Program-made: the position numbers and the translations under genes
Source: Leptolyngbyaceae cyanobacterium
Lineage (GTDB): Bacteria > Cyanobacteriota > Cyanobacteriia > Leptolyngbyales > Leptolyngbyaceae
DNA: 58,219 bases
NCBI GenBank assembly: GCA_041749615.1
Contig: JBGTAZ010000355.1
Coordinates: 1-58,219 of the forward strand
Direction: 5' to 3'
Shown: piece after piece, positions 17,793-28,430 of the stretch
Position numbering within the stretch: the first letter of the stretch is position 1
How the letters are laid out: every line of letters begins with the position of its first letter
Notes under the pieces: model-generated
Told to the model about the DNA's origin: nothing
The model's database searches: none
Seen by the model: the letters and a program-made list of their open reading frames with translations, nothing else

Positions 17793-18461
17793 ATGGGGAG
17801 TATGAATACTCGATTGTGGCTGTCGTTAGTTCGGCAGCAGCGTGTGATTGCGGTAGTTCGCAGTAGCCAGTTTGAGCAGGCTCTTCAAATGGCACAAGCG
17901 GTTGCTAGTGGAGGAATTCAATTAATAGAGGTGACCTGGAATAGCGATCGCGCTCCCGAAGTCATTGCCCAATTACGTGCCAATTTGCCTCATTGCTGGA
18001 TCGGCGCAGGCACCTTGCTCACGTTGGCTCAGCAGCAAGAGGCGATCGCGGCAGGCGCACAGTTCCTTTTCACGCCGCATGTCGATATTGGCATGATCCA
18101 AACTGCCGCTGAGCAGGAAATACCCCTTGTTGCAGGTGCCCTTTCTCCAACCGAAATTGTGCAAGCATGGCAAGCGGGGGCGGCAAGTGTCAAAGTTTTT
18201 CCCATAGGGGTCGTGGGCGGAGCCAGCTATATTCAAGCGTTACAAGCTCCTCTAGGCGATATTCCCCTGATTCCTACTGGCGGGATCACTATCGAAAACA
18301 CGCCAGCATTTTTGCAGGCTGGCGCGATCGCGGTTGGGCTATCGAGCGATTTATTTCCCAAAGCTGCACTAGCGCAAGGAGATTGGGAGGCGATCGCGGT
18401 GAGGGCACAAACTTTAGTGCAACAAATTCAGCAGAATCAACCGCTTCCTCAAAAGCCTTGA
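17793..18461 (+). CDS. eda: KDPG/KHG aldolase
   Basis: IAVVR, IEVTW, IGAGTLL, FLFTPH, GALSPTEI, VKVFP, IPTGGI motifs. Confidence 0.93.
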   Translation: MGSMNTRLWLSLVRQQRVIAVVRSSQFEQALQMAQAVASGGIQLIEVTWNSDRAPEVIAQLRANLPHCWIGAGTLLTLAQQQEAIAAGAQFLFTPHVDIGMIQTAAEQEIPLVAGALSPTEIVQAWQAGAASVKVFPIGVVGGASYIQALQAPLGDIPLIPTGGITIENTPAFLQAGAIAVGLSSDLFPKAALAQGDWEAIAVRAQTLVQQIQQNQPLPQKP

Positions 18462-18539
18462 ATTAATTCTTCAACTGAAAATTGCATCTATTGATTTAGC
18501 AATTCTTAAGCTTTGCGATCGCCCTCTACACTTTGCTAG

Positions 18540-19106
18540 ATGCCTCAGATTACGATACTGATAAAACCATTAAAACTATGCATAGAGCCTGTGAATAGCC
18601 AGTTTTTTCGACGCTTCTGTGGCGTGTGGATTAGTTTGCTGATTGCGATCGGCACCATCCCTTTATCATCCAAGCTGATCCAAGCACAAAAGCCGCCTTT
18701 CCAACTTGCTCAACACGCCTCACTCTCAAAAGTTAAAACCTTAAAACAATCGGGCGATCGCTGGATTGAGATTGATTTATCCAAGCAGCGTCTTATTGCT
18801 TGGGAAGGAAATCGCCCTGTTTATGCCGTCATCATCTCCACAGGCAAATCTTCTACACCCACCCCTACAGGCGTATTTTCAATCCAAACCCGCTATCGCA
18901 CCACTCGCATGAGTGGCTATGATTACGATGTGCCCGACGTACCTTACGCCATGTTCTATCATCGGGGCTACGCCGTCCATGGTGCTTACTGGCACAACAA
19001 CTTTGGCATCCCAGTCAGCCATGGTTGCACGAACTTGGCAGTCAACCACGCGCGCTGGCTTTACAATTGGGCAAGCATAGGAACCCCAGTGGTTGTGCGA
19101 AAGTAG
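18540..19106 (+). CDS. L,D-transpeptidase (YkuD family), exported
   Basis: [45 protein letters not shown] catalytic motif. Confidence 0.92.
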   Translation: MPQITILIKPLKLCIEPVNSQFFRRFCGVWISLLIAIGTIPLSSKLIQAQKPPFQLAQHASLSKVKTLKQSGDRWIEIDLSKQRLIAWEGNRPVYAVIISTGKSSTPTPTGVFSIQTRYRTTRMSGYDYDVPDVPYAMFYHRGYAVHGAYWHNNFGIPVSHGCTNLAVNHARWLYNWASIGTPVVVRK

Positions 19107-19116
19107 CAAGTTTCAA

Positions 19117-19189
19117 CGGACCCTACAGGATTCGAACCTGTGACCGATCGCTTAGAAGGCGATTGCTCTATCCACTGAGCTAAGGGTCC
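19117..19189 (-). tRNA. trnR: tRNA-Arg(UCU)
   Basis: Reverse complement GGACCCTTAGCTCAGTGGATAGAGCAATCGCCT-TCT-AAGCGATCGGTCACAGGTTCGAATCCTGTAGGGTCCG. Confidence 0.96.
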
Positions 19190-19526
19190 ATACTTTTCCG
19201 CAAAAATTGCACCGGCTCAAGCCTACTTTAAACAGAACGTATCATTTTCTCGGATCAACCCATACTTTCATCAGCTTACAATACCGCTGTTGAGTTTGGG
19301 TCGTCAGCCACAGGCTTTACATCACGACTATCAGGATTTTGGAGAGAGAACCCCACTGCCTTCAAGATTTTCAGCTTGTTGTCAAGTTGATGCCTAAAAA
19401 CGGGAATTTCTTAAAGTAAGCCTCGATTAAGCCTGCCCGTTGTCTCTGACTCGTTACCGATATGATAAGATTGCCCATCGCTTAAAACAAGCAAATGAAG
19501 CCCCGACAGGAGTAATTGCTATCGTC

Positions 19527-20189
19527 ATGTTTATTCTGAAGCGGCAGGATGTTGAGATTTCTAGCGTTCAGCACCCCAAACGGGATCAGCAGGTTCCCAT
19601 TCTGACCTATCAGGGGCAAACTTTTCGCTTGATTAGCGTGTTCAATGCGGCTCAGGAAGAAGATGCCAAGGCATTTTGGCGGGATCTGACCGATAACCAG
19701 GGAAAAGCCTGTGTTTTGTTGGAAGAACCTGATCGCTACAGTGTGTGGGGCAAAATCCGACTAGAACAATTTGCCAATGAAGCCGATCACGAAGCTGCAT
19801 TGAACCCTGCCTATGTCAAAGGTACTTTGCTGATGCTACAAGCCGTCCTCATTGATATTGAAGACCTGTTAGGCAATCGACAAGCCGGACTTTTTCAAAA
19901 AGATATTTCTGAGGTGTTTAAGCAATGGCGCTTTCCTCAGGCAGATACGCCAGATGCGGTGAAATATTTGCTCACTATGGACCCGTTGAATGCGGCTCAT
20001 CTTCCAGCTTGGCAGGAGCATCATCTTAATACTTTGTTGCAAGAACTTCATCGGGTTGGCAAATCATATTTTGGAAATACCAGCTTTGCCCAGCGGTCAA
20101 TTGATGCCCTGCAAGATTTGCCCTCGAATGAGCAAGGTCAAGTTGCCACGTGGTTAAATCAATCGCCACTGGGCAAGCTGTGGCGATAG
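19527..20189 (+). CDS. Conserved cyanobacterial protein (Npun_F0813-like family)
   Basis: MFILKRQDVEISSVQHPKRDQQVPILTYQGQTFRLISVF...WRDLTDNQGKACVLLEEPDRYSVWGKI; AGGAG upstream of ATG 19527. Confidence 0.75.
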   Translation: MFILKRQDVEISSVQHPKRDQQVPILTYQGQTFRLISVFNAAQEEDAKAFWRDLTDNQGKACVLLEEPDRYSVWGKIRLEQFANEADHEAALNPAYVKGTLLMLQAVLIDIEDLLGNRQAGLFQKDISEVFKQWRFPQADTPDAVKYLLTMDPLNAAHLPAWQEHHLNTLLQELHRVGKSYFGNTSFAQRSIDALQDLPSNEQGQVATWLNQSPLGKLWR

Positions 20190-20330
20190 GGCGTGGCGAT
20201 AGGGTGGGGCAATAGATTAAAAATCTTTGATAAATATGCTGCAAACCTCTGACTTTATGCCACTCTTGCTGGATATGTTTTTTTTGCAAGTCGTCCTGTT
20301 TCTGACGCAGCTACCCCCAGGAATTAATCT

Positions 20331-21410
20331 ATGAGCAGTGCAGACAAGTCCTCTGATAAACCCTTTCTATCGGTTCAAACCATTGTTTTAGCTGAGATTG
20401 GCTGGGCAGTTTCAGCCTTATTGTTCTTCCTGTTATTTGGTGTAACGGCTCAACAGGAAGTGCGCTCATTTGGGTACTCGCTGGGAACCTCCATTTTTGA
20501 AGCGGTTGCTTTTCTAGTTGCCGCACTACTCTGTTTTCGCAACTGGCGAAGTTCTCAAATTGTCAGTGGACGGGGTGTTTGGCTGGGCATTGGGCTGGGC
20601 ATGTTTTTTTACTTCCTGGGCAATTTGTTGTTTAGCTATTGGGAATTAGGCTTAAGGCTGGAGCCGGCAGTGTCTCCAGCGGATGTTTTCTTTGTGCTGT
20701 CCTATGTCTTTTTATTGTGGGGCATGTTTCAGGCAGTGTTTTCTAGGCGGTTAAACTTAGAGCTTTGGCAGAAAGGAGTCATTGTTGCGATCGCCGTTGT
20801 GGGCATTGCGATTGCGATCGCACTTTCTAGCGCAAAACCTAGTGAGAAACCAACCGCACGGGCAGATCTTCGCGACCGGGCTGAAACTTCCACCCTTGAA
20901 GCAATCCCAGGGTTCCCGCTGAAAGGATCTGTTTTGTCGTTCTTTTCAACCGTTCAACCGTTCGATTTTCCTGCTTTCAATCTTCCCGCCATCACGGCAG
21001 AGTCTTTGATAGACGCGGTAGCCCAAGCTGCTCCTGCTCCAGAGCCACAATCTCAGGCACCGGAGTGGGCGATCGGGTTAGAGCAACAGCTTAAACCATT
21101 GGAAGCGCCTCTCAGTTGGTTTTATCTGCTCTGTGATGTGCTGCTGTTGGTGTTAGCAACGACATTGCTGTTGGCTTTTTGGGGGGGGCGATTCTCCCAA
21201 TCTTGGCGGATGATTGCCGCTGCGGCTTTCTGCTTATACATTGCAGATATTTGGTTTAAGTATGCGAACACAATCTTAACGGACTATAAAAGCGGAGGAT
21301 TGCCGGAGGTCTTCTGGGTATTTAGCGGGGTGTTGTTTGGGATCGGGGCGGCGCTAGAGTATGACCTTTCTATCCGTTCTCGGCGGGCGGGGTCTCGCCG
21401 CCGCGCCTAA
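20331..21410 (+). CDS. Conserved cyanobacterial multi-pass membrane protein, function unknown
   Basis: Several TM helices with CFRNWRSSQIVSGRGVW, VSPADVFF and FWGGRFSQSW motifs. Confidence 0.8.
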   Translation: MSSADKSSDKPFLSVQTIVLAEIGWAVSALLFFLLFGVTAQQEVRSFGYSLGTSIFEAVAFLVAALLCFRNWRSSQIVSGRGVWLGIGLGMFFYFLGNLLFSYWELGLRLEPAVSPADVFFVLSYVFLLWGMFQAVFSRRLNLELWQKGVIVAIAVVGIAIAIALSSAKPSEKPTARADLRDRAETSTLEAIPGFPLKGSVLSFFSTVQPFDFPAFNLPAITAESLIDAVAQAAPAPEPQSQAPEWAIGLEQQLKPLEAPLSWFYLLCDVLLLVLATTLLLAFWGGRFSQSWRMIAAAAFCLYIADIWFKYANTILTDYKSGGLPEVFWVFSGVLFGIGAALEYDLSIRSRRAGSRRRA

Positions 21411-21503
21411 ATTTCCGAGGATTCGCTTGTCAACCTGCCGTTAGATTGTAAATTCGGAATACAATAAAACAGGCGATCGCCGCTTCTTCATAGCTTGCTC
21501 TAA

Positions 21504-22616
21504 ATGATTGCTAAAAAACTTTCCGATTCTGAAAAAAATGAAGTAATTGCGCTCTATCGGCAATTGGGTGAGACGACCTCAACCTTGGCGGGTCGATATA
21601 GCGTGAGTACGTCTACCATTAGCCGTATTCTAAAAAGCACCTTGCCAGCAGACGAGTATGAAGCACTGATTCAGCAAAAGCGTCAGGCGGTTCGCTCGAA
21701 CGAATATCTGCCCTTGCTGCAAGTGCCCGTGGCAGAAGAGGTGAGCCAATCGGCTACTGTCAAAATAAAACCTGTAGACGTAACGGCTACGGAGCCAGAA
21801 ATGGCGATAACAGTGCCATCCGTTGTGCCTGAAATCGGCGATCGCCAATCTATCGATCGCCAGTCTATGGCTGAGCAGTCTGCCAATGAGCCGTTCACAA
21901 TCGACTCTGCCCTCGCAGCACCCGCTGAACACCCTAGAATCGAGTCTATTGAACCGCCCCTCTCAATTAAGCCAGTCGATCTAAAAAGTGGTCCTATTCT
22001 GAAACGGCGATCGCAAACACCTTTGCTTGACGAGGATGACAGTGAATTTGATTTGCCTGCTCCACTAGGCTCTTTGCCTGAGACCGCTGCGAAAGCAAGT
22101 GCCGGGAACCTATTTGAGTCTGAAGCTGCAGTGCTGAAAGAAATCCTTGCAGAGGAAATTCTTGATTTAGACGATGATGACGATCTCGATGATGACGATC
22201 TTGAAGACGACGATCTTGAAGACGACGATGATTTTGAAGAGGGTTTGCCCAAGCCTCTGTTTGCAACCAGCAACTTAGCAGATGGAGCCATCATCCAAAT
22301 TTTGCCCTTGGCAGACGCTCTGATTCCTCGCACTTGCTATCTGGTTATTGATCGCGCCTCGGAACTGATCGCGCCTCCTCTGCGAGATTTTGGCGATCTG
22401 GGTAAAATCCCTGAAGAAGAGACGCAGAACAAGATCTTACCCGTGTTTGACAATCACCGAATTGCCAAACGGTATTCCAATCCTCGAACGCAGCGGGTGA
22501 TTAAACTGCCCGACGGCAGAATTTTGCAGAAAACCTATCCTCATCTCAAAGCAAAAGGCATTTCACGTCTGTTAATTGATGGACGGGTATATGACTTGAC
22601 AGCGAGTCAGGAATAG
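21504..22616 (+). CDS. Conserved cyanobacterial protein with N-terminal HTH, acidic linker and conserved C-terminal domain
   Basis: KKLSDSEK...ETTSTLAGRYSVSTSTISRILK (HTH); DDDDLE runs; PRTCYLVIDRASELI...LPVFDNHRIAKR. Confidence 0.8.
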   Translation: MIAKKLSDSEKNEVIALYRQLGETTSTLAGRYSVSTSTISRILKSTLPADEYEALIQQKRQAVRSNEYLPLLQVPVAEEVSQSATVKIKPVDVTATEPEMAITVPSVVPEIGDRQSIDRQSMAEQSANEPFTIDSALAAPAEHPRIESIEPPLSIKPVDLKSGPILKRRSQTPLLDEDDSEFDLPAPLGSLPETAAKASAGNLFESEAAVLKEILAEEILDLDDDDDLDDDDLEDDDLEDDDDFEEGLPKPLFATSNLADGAIIQILPLADALIPRTCYLVIDRASELIAPPLRDFGDLGKIPEEETQNKILPVFDNHRIAKRYSNPRTQRVIKLPDGRILQKTYPHLKAKGISRLLIDGRVYDLTASQE

Positions 22617-22665
22617 CAAGCTGGATACTGAAGGAAAACGCATTATTTCCGGTTTTGTTAAACAG

Positions 22666-22902
22666 CTAATCCTCTTCGTAAGGCGGCTGGAAGGAGGTAG
22701 TGATCAACAGTTGAGCGATCGCCATACCGACCATGCCAATGCCTACACTAAACGCCAGCACTAAACCTACCGGAATCTCAACCGATTGAAACGCCAGTAA
22801 GTTGAGGGTAACCGGGGTGAAGTTTTGCACGGAAAGAATTGCGATCGCGCCAACCCACGTAGCCATAACCAGTGAAATCAATAAAATTGGCAGGGTTTTC
22901 AT
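22666..22902 (-). CDS. LapA/DUF1049-family small membrane protein
   Basis: AIAILSVQNFTPVTLNLLAFQSVEIPVGLVL; two TM helices. Confidence 0.78.
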   Translation of the reverse strand: MKTLPILLISLVMATWVGAIAILSVQNFTPVTLNLLAFQSVEIPVGLVLAFSVGIGMVGMAIAQLLITTSFQPPYEED

Positions 22903-23305
22903 AACCTTCAATCTAAAAGCACAGCGCTTCTAGGCTAGCGTGTTTCTAGGCGTTCGACCTTTTGAATGGCGGTAACGAAAATATCGAAGCATTATTTAAT
23001 CTCCGTAGCTTATGGGTAGGGAATATATTTATTTCCTCAAGCCTCGGTATTTCACGATGCCACTTTAAGAAAAAACTGTTAGAACATTGAGCAACTTCTT
23101 AGAATACAAACTTTTTGCTGACTAAATTACTTACACCAATTTAAATGGAGAATTCAACAGATCTTAAGTTGAGACCGTGACTGAGTAAAGCTTCTACAAT
23201 TCAAAACTCAAAACTCAAAACGGTATTACATTGCCTCTTCCCTAGTTTTTATAAAAGCTCAAATTCAAATATGGATCTGTCTGTCCCTCTCCTAGCGATC
23301 TTGCG

Positions 23306-24502
23306 ATGAATATTGCCTACCTTGTGAATCAATATCCCAAAACCAGTCACAGTTTCATTCGCCGAGAAATTGTGGCGCTAGAAGCCGATGGAGTGCCAAT
23401 TAGCCGTTTTTCAATTCGATCGCTGGTAACTGAAATCATCGATGAAGCCGACAAGCAAGAAGCCAGCAAAACCCGGTATGTTCTACAGAAAGGCATTTCT
23501 GGCTTGCTTGGCAGCACGATCAATGTGGCATTAAAACATCCGTTGCGCTTCTTAAAAGCAGTCAAGTTAGCGTATACAGTGGGGCACTCATCCGATCGCG
23601 GCTTAATCTACCATCTAGCTTATCTGGCAGAAGCCTGTGTTCTACTCCGTTGGTTTACCAAAGCGAAAATTTCCCATGTTCATACTCACTTTGGCACCAA
23701 CTCAGCAACCGTTGCCATGCTGTGCCGTGAGTTGGGCGGTCCCCCCTACAGCATTACGGTGCATGGTCCTGAAGAATTTGATAAGCCCCAAGCTATTTCC
23801 TTAACAGAAAAAATTGACCGCGCCGCCTTTGTTGTATCCGTCTGCTCCTTTGGTCGGAGTCAACTTTATCGCTGGTGCGATTATCAACAGTGGTCAAAAA
23901 TCCACGTCGTTCATTGTGGAGTCGATGAAATGTTTTTAAAACACCCCTATACGCCGCTACCAACACAGCCGCGATTTATTTGCATTGGGCGCTTGAGTGA
24001 GCAAAAAGGGCACCTGCTTTTGATTGAAGCAGCGGGTCACCTGGCAGCCGAAGGACATGACTTTAAACTGGTGCTGGTGGGCGATGGTCCATTGAGAGCA
24101 CGAATTGAGGCGATGATCTGCCAGTTTCACCTAGAAAATCATGTTGAAATCACAGGCTGGGCAACCAACGAACAGGTACAGCAGCAAATTCTGGCAGCCC
24201 AAGTGATGTTAGTCCCTAGCTTTGCAGAAGGATTGCCCGTTGTCATTATGGAATCTTTGGCACTGTGCCGCCCTGTTATTAGCACCTACATTGCGGGTAT
24301 TCCTGAACTCGTTCAACCGGGTAAATCTGGCTGGCTAGTTCCTTCTGGATCGGTGAGCGCGTTAAAAGAGGCAATGCAAGTTGCCATTTACACTCCACTT
24401 GATCAGCTAGAGGAAATGGGAAAAACTGGGGCGAAACTGGTCGCTCAAAACCACAATGCCGCAACTGAAGCCAAAACCCTCAAAGCTCTATTTCAGCATT
24501 AA
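23306..24502 (+). CDS. Glycosyltransferase family 4 (WcaL-like)
   Basis: IAYLVNQYPKTSHSFIRREI, HTHFG, IGRLSEQKG, SFAEGLPVVIME. Confidence 0.92.
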   Translation: MNIAYLVNQYPKTSHSFIRREIVALEADGVPISRFSIRSLVTEIIDEADKQEASKTRYVLQKGISGLLGSTINVALKHPLRFLKAVKLAYTVGHSSDRGLIYHLAYLAEACVLLRWFTKAKISHVHTHFGTNSATVAMLCRELGGPPYSITVHGPEEFDKPQAISLTEKIDRAAFVVSVCSFGRSQLYRWCDYQQWSKIHVVHCGVDEMFLKHPYTPLPTQPRFICIGRLSEQKGHLLLIEAAGHLAAEGHDFKLVLVGDGPLRARIEAMICQFHLENHVEITGWATNEQVQQQILAAQVMLVPSFAEGLPVVIMESLALCRPVISTYIAGIPELVQPGKSGWLVPSGSVSALKEAMQVAIYTPLDQLEEMGKTGAKLVAQNHNAATEAKTLKALFQH

Positions 24503-24523
24503 TGGCATTTTTTGAATTGAATT

Positions 24524-25546
24524 TCAGCGCATGAGTTTTTCTGGTGCAGGAGTTGCGTACTGATGAATCACCTGATGCCAAAATTTGGAGGGCTGATTTT
24601 CTGGGAAATAGCGACTGATGTATTCATGAGCATTCCGAGATAGTGTATCGCGCAGGTCGGCATTTTCTAACTCTATGAGGCATTGAGCCGATTCTTCAGG
24701 GTTTTCTGCTTTCATGGCAGTTTGGAAATGTTTCATACAGAAATTCGCGCCACTCGCCGTTTTCCCCACAATTACAATGCCTGCTGCCATCGATTCTTGG
24801 GGGGGCAGGGCGCATCCTTCAATTTCTGCCGAGGCGAGAAACACTTGAGGTCGCTTGAACTGTTTAGATAACTCATGAATGCTAAGACCATCAATTCGTT
24901 CAAAGCGCCAGTGGTTTCCCCCTTTCGCGGTATAAATTTCCTGAGTTTTGGCAATAAACTCTGGTCCCTTTCGAGGAAAGGCAAAGACAAGCCCTTGCTC
25001 TCGTTGTGACTGGGGAATAAATGGGAAAAGCTTGTTATCTACAATGTTTGGAACAATTTGGATTTCTTTGTCTATAAAGATGGTTTGACAAACAGACTGC
25101 ATGTAGGGCGAATCAGTCCATAGGGCAATTCGGTTGTTCTGGTAGTCAAAGTTATTGAAGATAAAAATAGGGGTTTGCAGGTAGGCGATCGCCCGTCCTT
25201 CCACCTGATTAATCAGTTCGGTGGCACAATCTGGAACGATGCAAATATCATCGGGTCGGCGGTTTGCCCAGCGAATAAATGGAAGATCTCGGTATAAATT
25301 CTGATCCCCATAGGTGTCTCGACCGCTCATCGTCGCAAGGACTGCATCAATGCCACAACTTCGGGCAACGGCACAATGCCGCATGATATTTAAGATGCCG
25401 CCGAAGACTTGATTGACCTGCATTTGTCGTCGCCACCAATCTTTGGCAGGTTGCATCCGCGATCGCTGCACCAGGTAATTTATCCAGTTATGGGTTTTGC
25501 TATTATCAAAATCTTGGATCAAAAAAACAAACCGCATCACCATCAT
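24524..25546 (-). CDS. GT-B fold glycosyltransferase (GT4-like)
   Basis: FPRKG and EGCALPPQESMAAG (EX7E) motifs; lies downstream of a flippase. Confidence 0.78.
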   Translation of the reverse strand: MMVMRFVFLIQDFDNSKTHNWINYLVQRSRMQPAKDWWRRQMQVNQVFGGILNIMRHCAVARSCGIDAVLATMSGRDTYGDQNLYRDLPFIRWANRRPDDICIVPDCATELINQVEGRAIAYLQTPIFIFNNFDYQNNRIALWTDSPYMQSVCQTIFIDKEIQIVPNIVDNKLFPFIPQSQREQGLVFAFPRKGPEFIAKTQEIYTAKGGNHWRFERIDGLSIHELSKQFKRPQVFLASAEIEGCALPPQESMAAGIVIVGKTASGANFCMKHFQTAMKAENPEESAQCLIELENADLRDTLSRNAHEYISRYFPENQPSKFWHQVIHQYATPAPEKLMR

Positions 25547-25603
25547 CCCTGATTCAATAGTGGGCTTTCAACGGAACTGAAGAAGGCTTGCTGCACGCTT
25601 GAT

Positions 25604-26983
25604 CTAAATGACTTGCTTCAACACTAGGAATGCCATGACAGAGGCAATGCCCAGGATCGGCAAATCAACTTCTGGCTGCCAGAGATGCAACCGAGCAAAG
25701 ATAAACGCCTGAATGGGGTATAGAAACCAGCCAACCGCAGCAATCCCGACGATCGCGCCAAATGCCCCGCCAAAATAATAGCCGCCAAAAACAGTCATCA
25801 ACTGAATGCCGACCTGAATGCCCAGCAGCAGGGTCATAAAATAAGTTCGCCCCTGAGCAATTAAAATATCCATGTAGGTGTAGCCCAAGACCGTCACCAT
25901 CGCTCCCACCGCCAAAATTTGCAGCATCCAGCCAGCATCTGCATAGCGGCTGTCATACCAAATATTGATTAACGGCTTGCCCAGAAAGACAAAAAAGAGG
26001 CAAGCCAATAGATTGATGCCATTCAACACAATCCGCGATCGCCGTAAGACGGGACGTAACCGTTCGGGGCGATCGCGGGCTAGCTCAGAATAGGACGGCA
26101 GCAAAACCCGATGTCCTAAAACCTGGATCACTTCATTTGCCGCTTTTGAAAAGGTTTGAGCTTGGGTAAAAATTCCAAAGAAGCCAACGCCCAATAAGCC
26201 GGGAATGATTAGGTTGTTGCCTTGAAGGGCAAAAAAGGTCAATACCGTACTAAAAAATATCCATTTACCAAAGCGATAAATTTCACCAAAAGCTTCCTGC
26301 TCCCAATAAAAACGATTGCGGATTCCTTCCAAAACCGTGTGGCTCAAGCTAGTTCTGAGGATGGAACTGGTGAACGTGCCTAGTACCAACGCCCAAACTG
26401 CAAGGTCTTGCGGAGCTTTCGCTTGATTGGCGATCCACGAGCCAGTCACAGTGACCAGCATAGCGATGAGTTGAGTGCCCAAATCTAGCAGAGTCAACCG
26501 TTTGAGTGAGAGTTGACGATTGGCAGTTGCCATTTTTGTTGAGAGTAACCCGTCGATTACCAGCGTGAACCCAACCGTGGGTAGCAAGTATTGCAGCATC
26601 GGTTCTTTATAGAAAGAGGCGGCTGGTGTGGCAATGAGGCAGGCGCAAACCCAAAGAATTAGCCCACGAATGACTTGCACCGTCCAAGCTGTATTCAGAA
26701 ATTTAGGATCATCCCCGCGCTTGTTTTGGATGATACTGAGATTAATGCCCGTATCGGAGAACATTTGGAGAGCGACGAGGAAGGTGTAGACCAATGCCAT
26801 CAACCCAAAGGCTTCAGGAAACAGTAACTTTGCTAGCACCCAGTTGTTTCCCAAACGAACAACTTGACTAATTGCATAGCCCCCCATAGTCCAAACTGAG
26901 CCTTTAATGACTCGTTTCATTAAGGACTCGGACTGTTTAATCAGCAGCTCATCCGGCTGTTTATCGGCAGACCCTTCAGTCAT
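25604..26983 (-). CDS. Wzx-type oligosaccharide flippase
   Basis: LAKLLFPEAFGLMA, FSDTG, FLNTAWT, FGKWIF; about 12 TM helices. Confidence 0.9.
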   Translation of the reverse strand: MTEGSADKQPDELLIKQSESLMKRVIKGSVWTMGGYAISQVVRLGNNWVLAKLLFPEAFGLMALVYTFLVALQMFSDTGINLSIIQNKRGDDPKFLNTAWTVQVIRGLILWVCACLIATPAASFYKEPMLQYLLPTVGFTLVIDGLLSTKMATANRQLSLKRLTLLDLGTQLIAMLVTVTGSWIANQAKAPQDLAVWALVLGTFTSSILRTSLSHTVLEGIRNRFYWEQEAFGEIYRFGKWIFFSTVLTFFALQGNNLIIPGLLGVGFFGIFTQAQTFSKAANEVIQVLGHRVLLPSYSELARDRPERLRPVLRRSRIVLNGINLLACLFFVFLGKPLINIWYDSRYADAGWMLQILAVGAMVTVLGYTYMDILIAQGRTYFMTLLLGIQVGIQLMTVFGGYYFGGAFGAIVGIAAVGWFLYPIQAFIFARLHLWQPEVDLPILGIASVMAFLVLKQVI

Positions 26984-27477
26984 TAGTAAATCCTAAGCTT
27001 CTAGTGTATTTCTCAAGCAGGCGCATCACCTAGGCAGGATCGGGGAAGGTTAGCCAACAGCGGCATACCCTAAAGCAATCATGCGGAAGTAGATGATCCA
27101 GAACGGGGTTAAAGTCTTCACCTCAGTATGAACGCATTGCCTGACAAACCTGTGTTTAGTTTGCCCATTTTTCCTAACCTTTCACAGTTCCTTTGGCAAA
27201 TCAGGAATCTCCTTACTTCCGCTTCAAACAATGTCGCGATCGCGATCTATCTAGTCCCTAAAGTGGCTAATGTAGCAACGGATGAATAGGTTAGGACACA
27301 AAGATCCTTGAGAAATAAGGAATAACGGACGGTTGTTGTATTGACCGTTCCTCCTGCGGGGTTGGGGGTTGGGGGCTGTAGCTCTTTTCCCGCAGGGTGG
27401 GTGATTTGCTAGGTGAGTTAAGTATATAAATGCCCTCAGTTGGCTCCTCAACGAGTGCATTTTTTCGCGATGTGCCT

Positions 27478-28083
27478 TTAGGAGGGAACCGCCATTCCTT
27501 TTGCAACGGCAGGACGAGCCTGAACGACTTCAAACCAGCGCTTCAAGTGGGGATGATTATCCAGAGTCAATCCTTGAAAGTCGTAGGTGGCAACCCAAGG
27601 AAAGGTGGCAATATCCACAATGGAGTATTCTTCACAGATAAATTCGTTGGTTTCCAGTTGTTTATCCAACACGCCATAGAGTCGCAGGGTTTCCTTTTCG
27701 TAGCGCGCGATCGCGTAGGGAATCTTTTCTGGTGCAAACTTCTTAAAGTGGTTCAACTGCCCAAACATCGGACCCACGCTTGCCATCTGAAACATCAGCC
27801 ACTCCAGCACCTGATAGCGCTTTGGGGGTTCTGTGGGCATTAGTCTTCCAGTTTTTTCGGCAAGGTAGATTAAAATCGCGCCCGACTCGAATACCGTGGT
27901 GCCCGTTTCGCGATCCGCGATCGCCGGAATCTTGCTGTTGGGATTAATTGCCACAAACTCCGGCGTGAATTGCTCGCCTTTGGTGATGTCAATGTTGTGA
28001 ACGGCATAGGGCAGCTCCGTCTCTTCTAGCATGATGGAGGCTTTGCGACCGTTGGGTGTCGTGAAGGTATAAAGGTCGATCAT
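27478..28083 (-). CDS. Glutathione S-transferase, YfcG/Nu-like
   Basis: MIDLYTFTTPNGRK, INPNSKIPAI, FESGAILIYLAEK, YSIVDIA. Confidence 0.93.
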   Translation of the reverse strand: MIDLYTFTTPNGRKASIMLEETELPYAVHNIDITKGEQFTPEFVAINPNSKIPAIADRETGTTVFESGAILIYLAEKTGRLMPTEPPKRYQVLEWLMFQMASVGPMFGQLNHFKKFAPEKIPYAIARYEKETLRLYGVLDKQLETNEFICEEYSIVDIATFPWVATYDFQGLTLDNHPHLKRWFEVVQARPAVAKGMAVPS

Positions 28084-28430
28084 CGGGATACCAGATAGGA
28101 ATTATAAAAAGCAGGAAAGTGCAAGGATTGATGGCAGTCTAGCGCGATCATTTCAGATCAGTCGATATCTTAATCCCCTTCAGCGATCGCTTATTTAACC
28201 CAACGTCGGTGCAATAGCCCAAGGGCACAATTACGATCATGCTCACTATTAATGCAACTTAGTAGGAGAAGTATAGATTTTGAAGCAACCCAAAAAGCCT
28301 GCTCAATTTTCAGTCACCTCTCTAGAGAGTTACCTTTATAAATTTAGGTTGTCCCCTATGAAAGAGGTCTCTCAGAGTTTCACTTTGTAGGCTAGCGGCT
28401 GTACATCTCATAGTTGTTTGGATAAATCCC

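Noticed and set aside
21504-22616. Transposase call based on the N-terminal HTH
   Set aside because: No DDE or HUH catalytic domain and no terminal repeats; looks like a conserved cyanobacterial protein.
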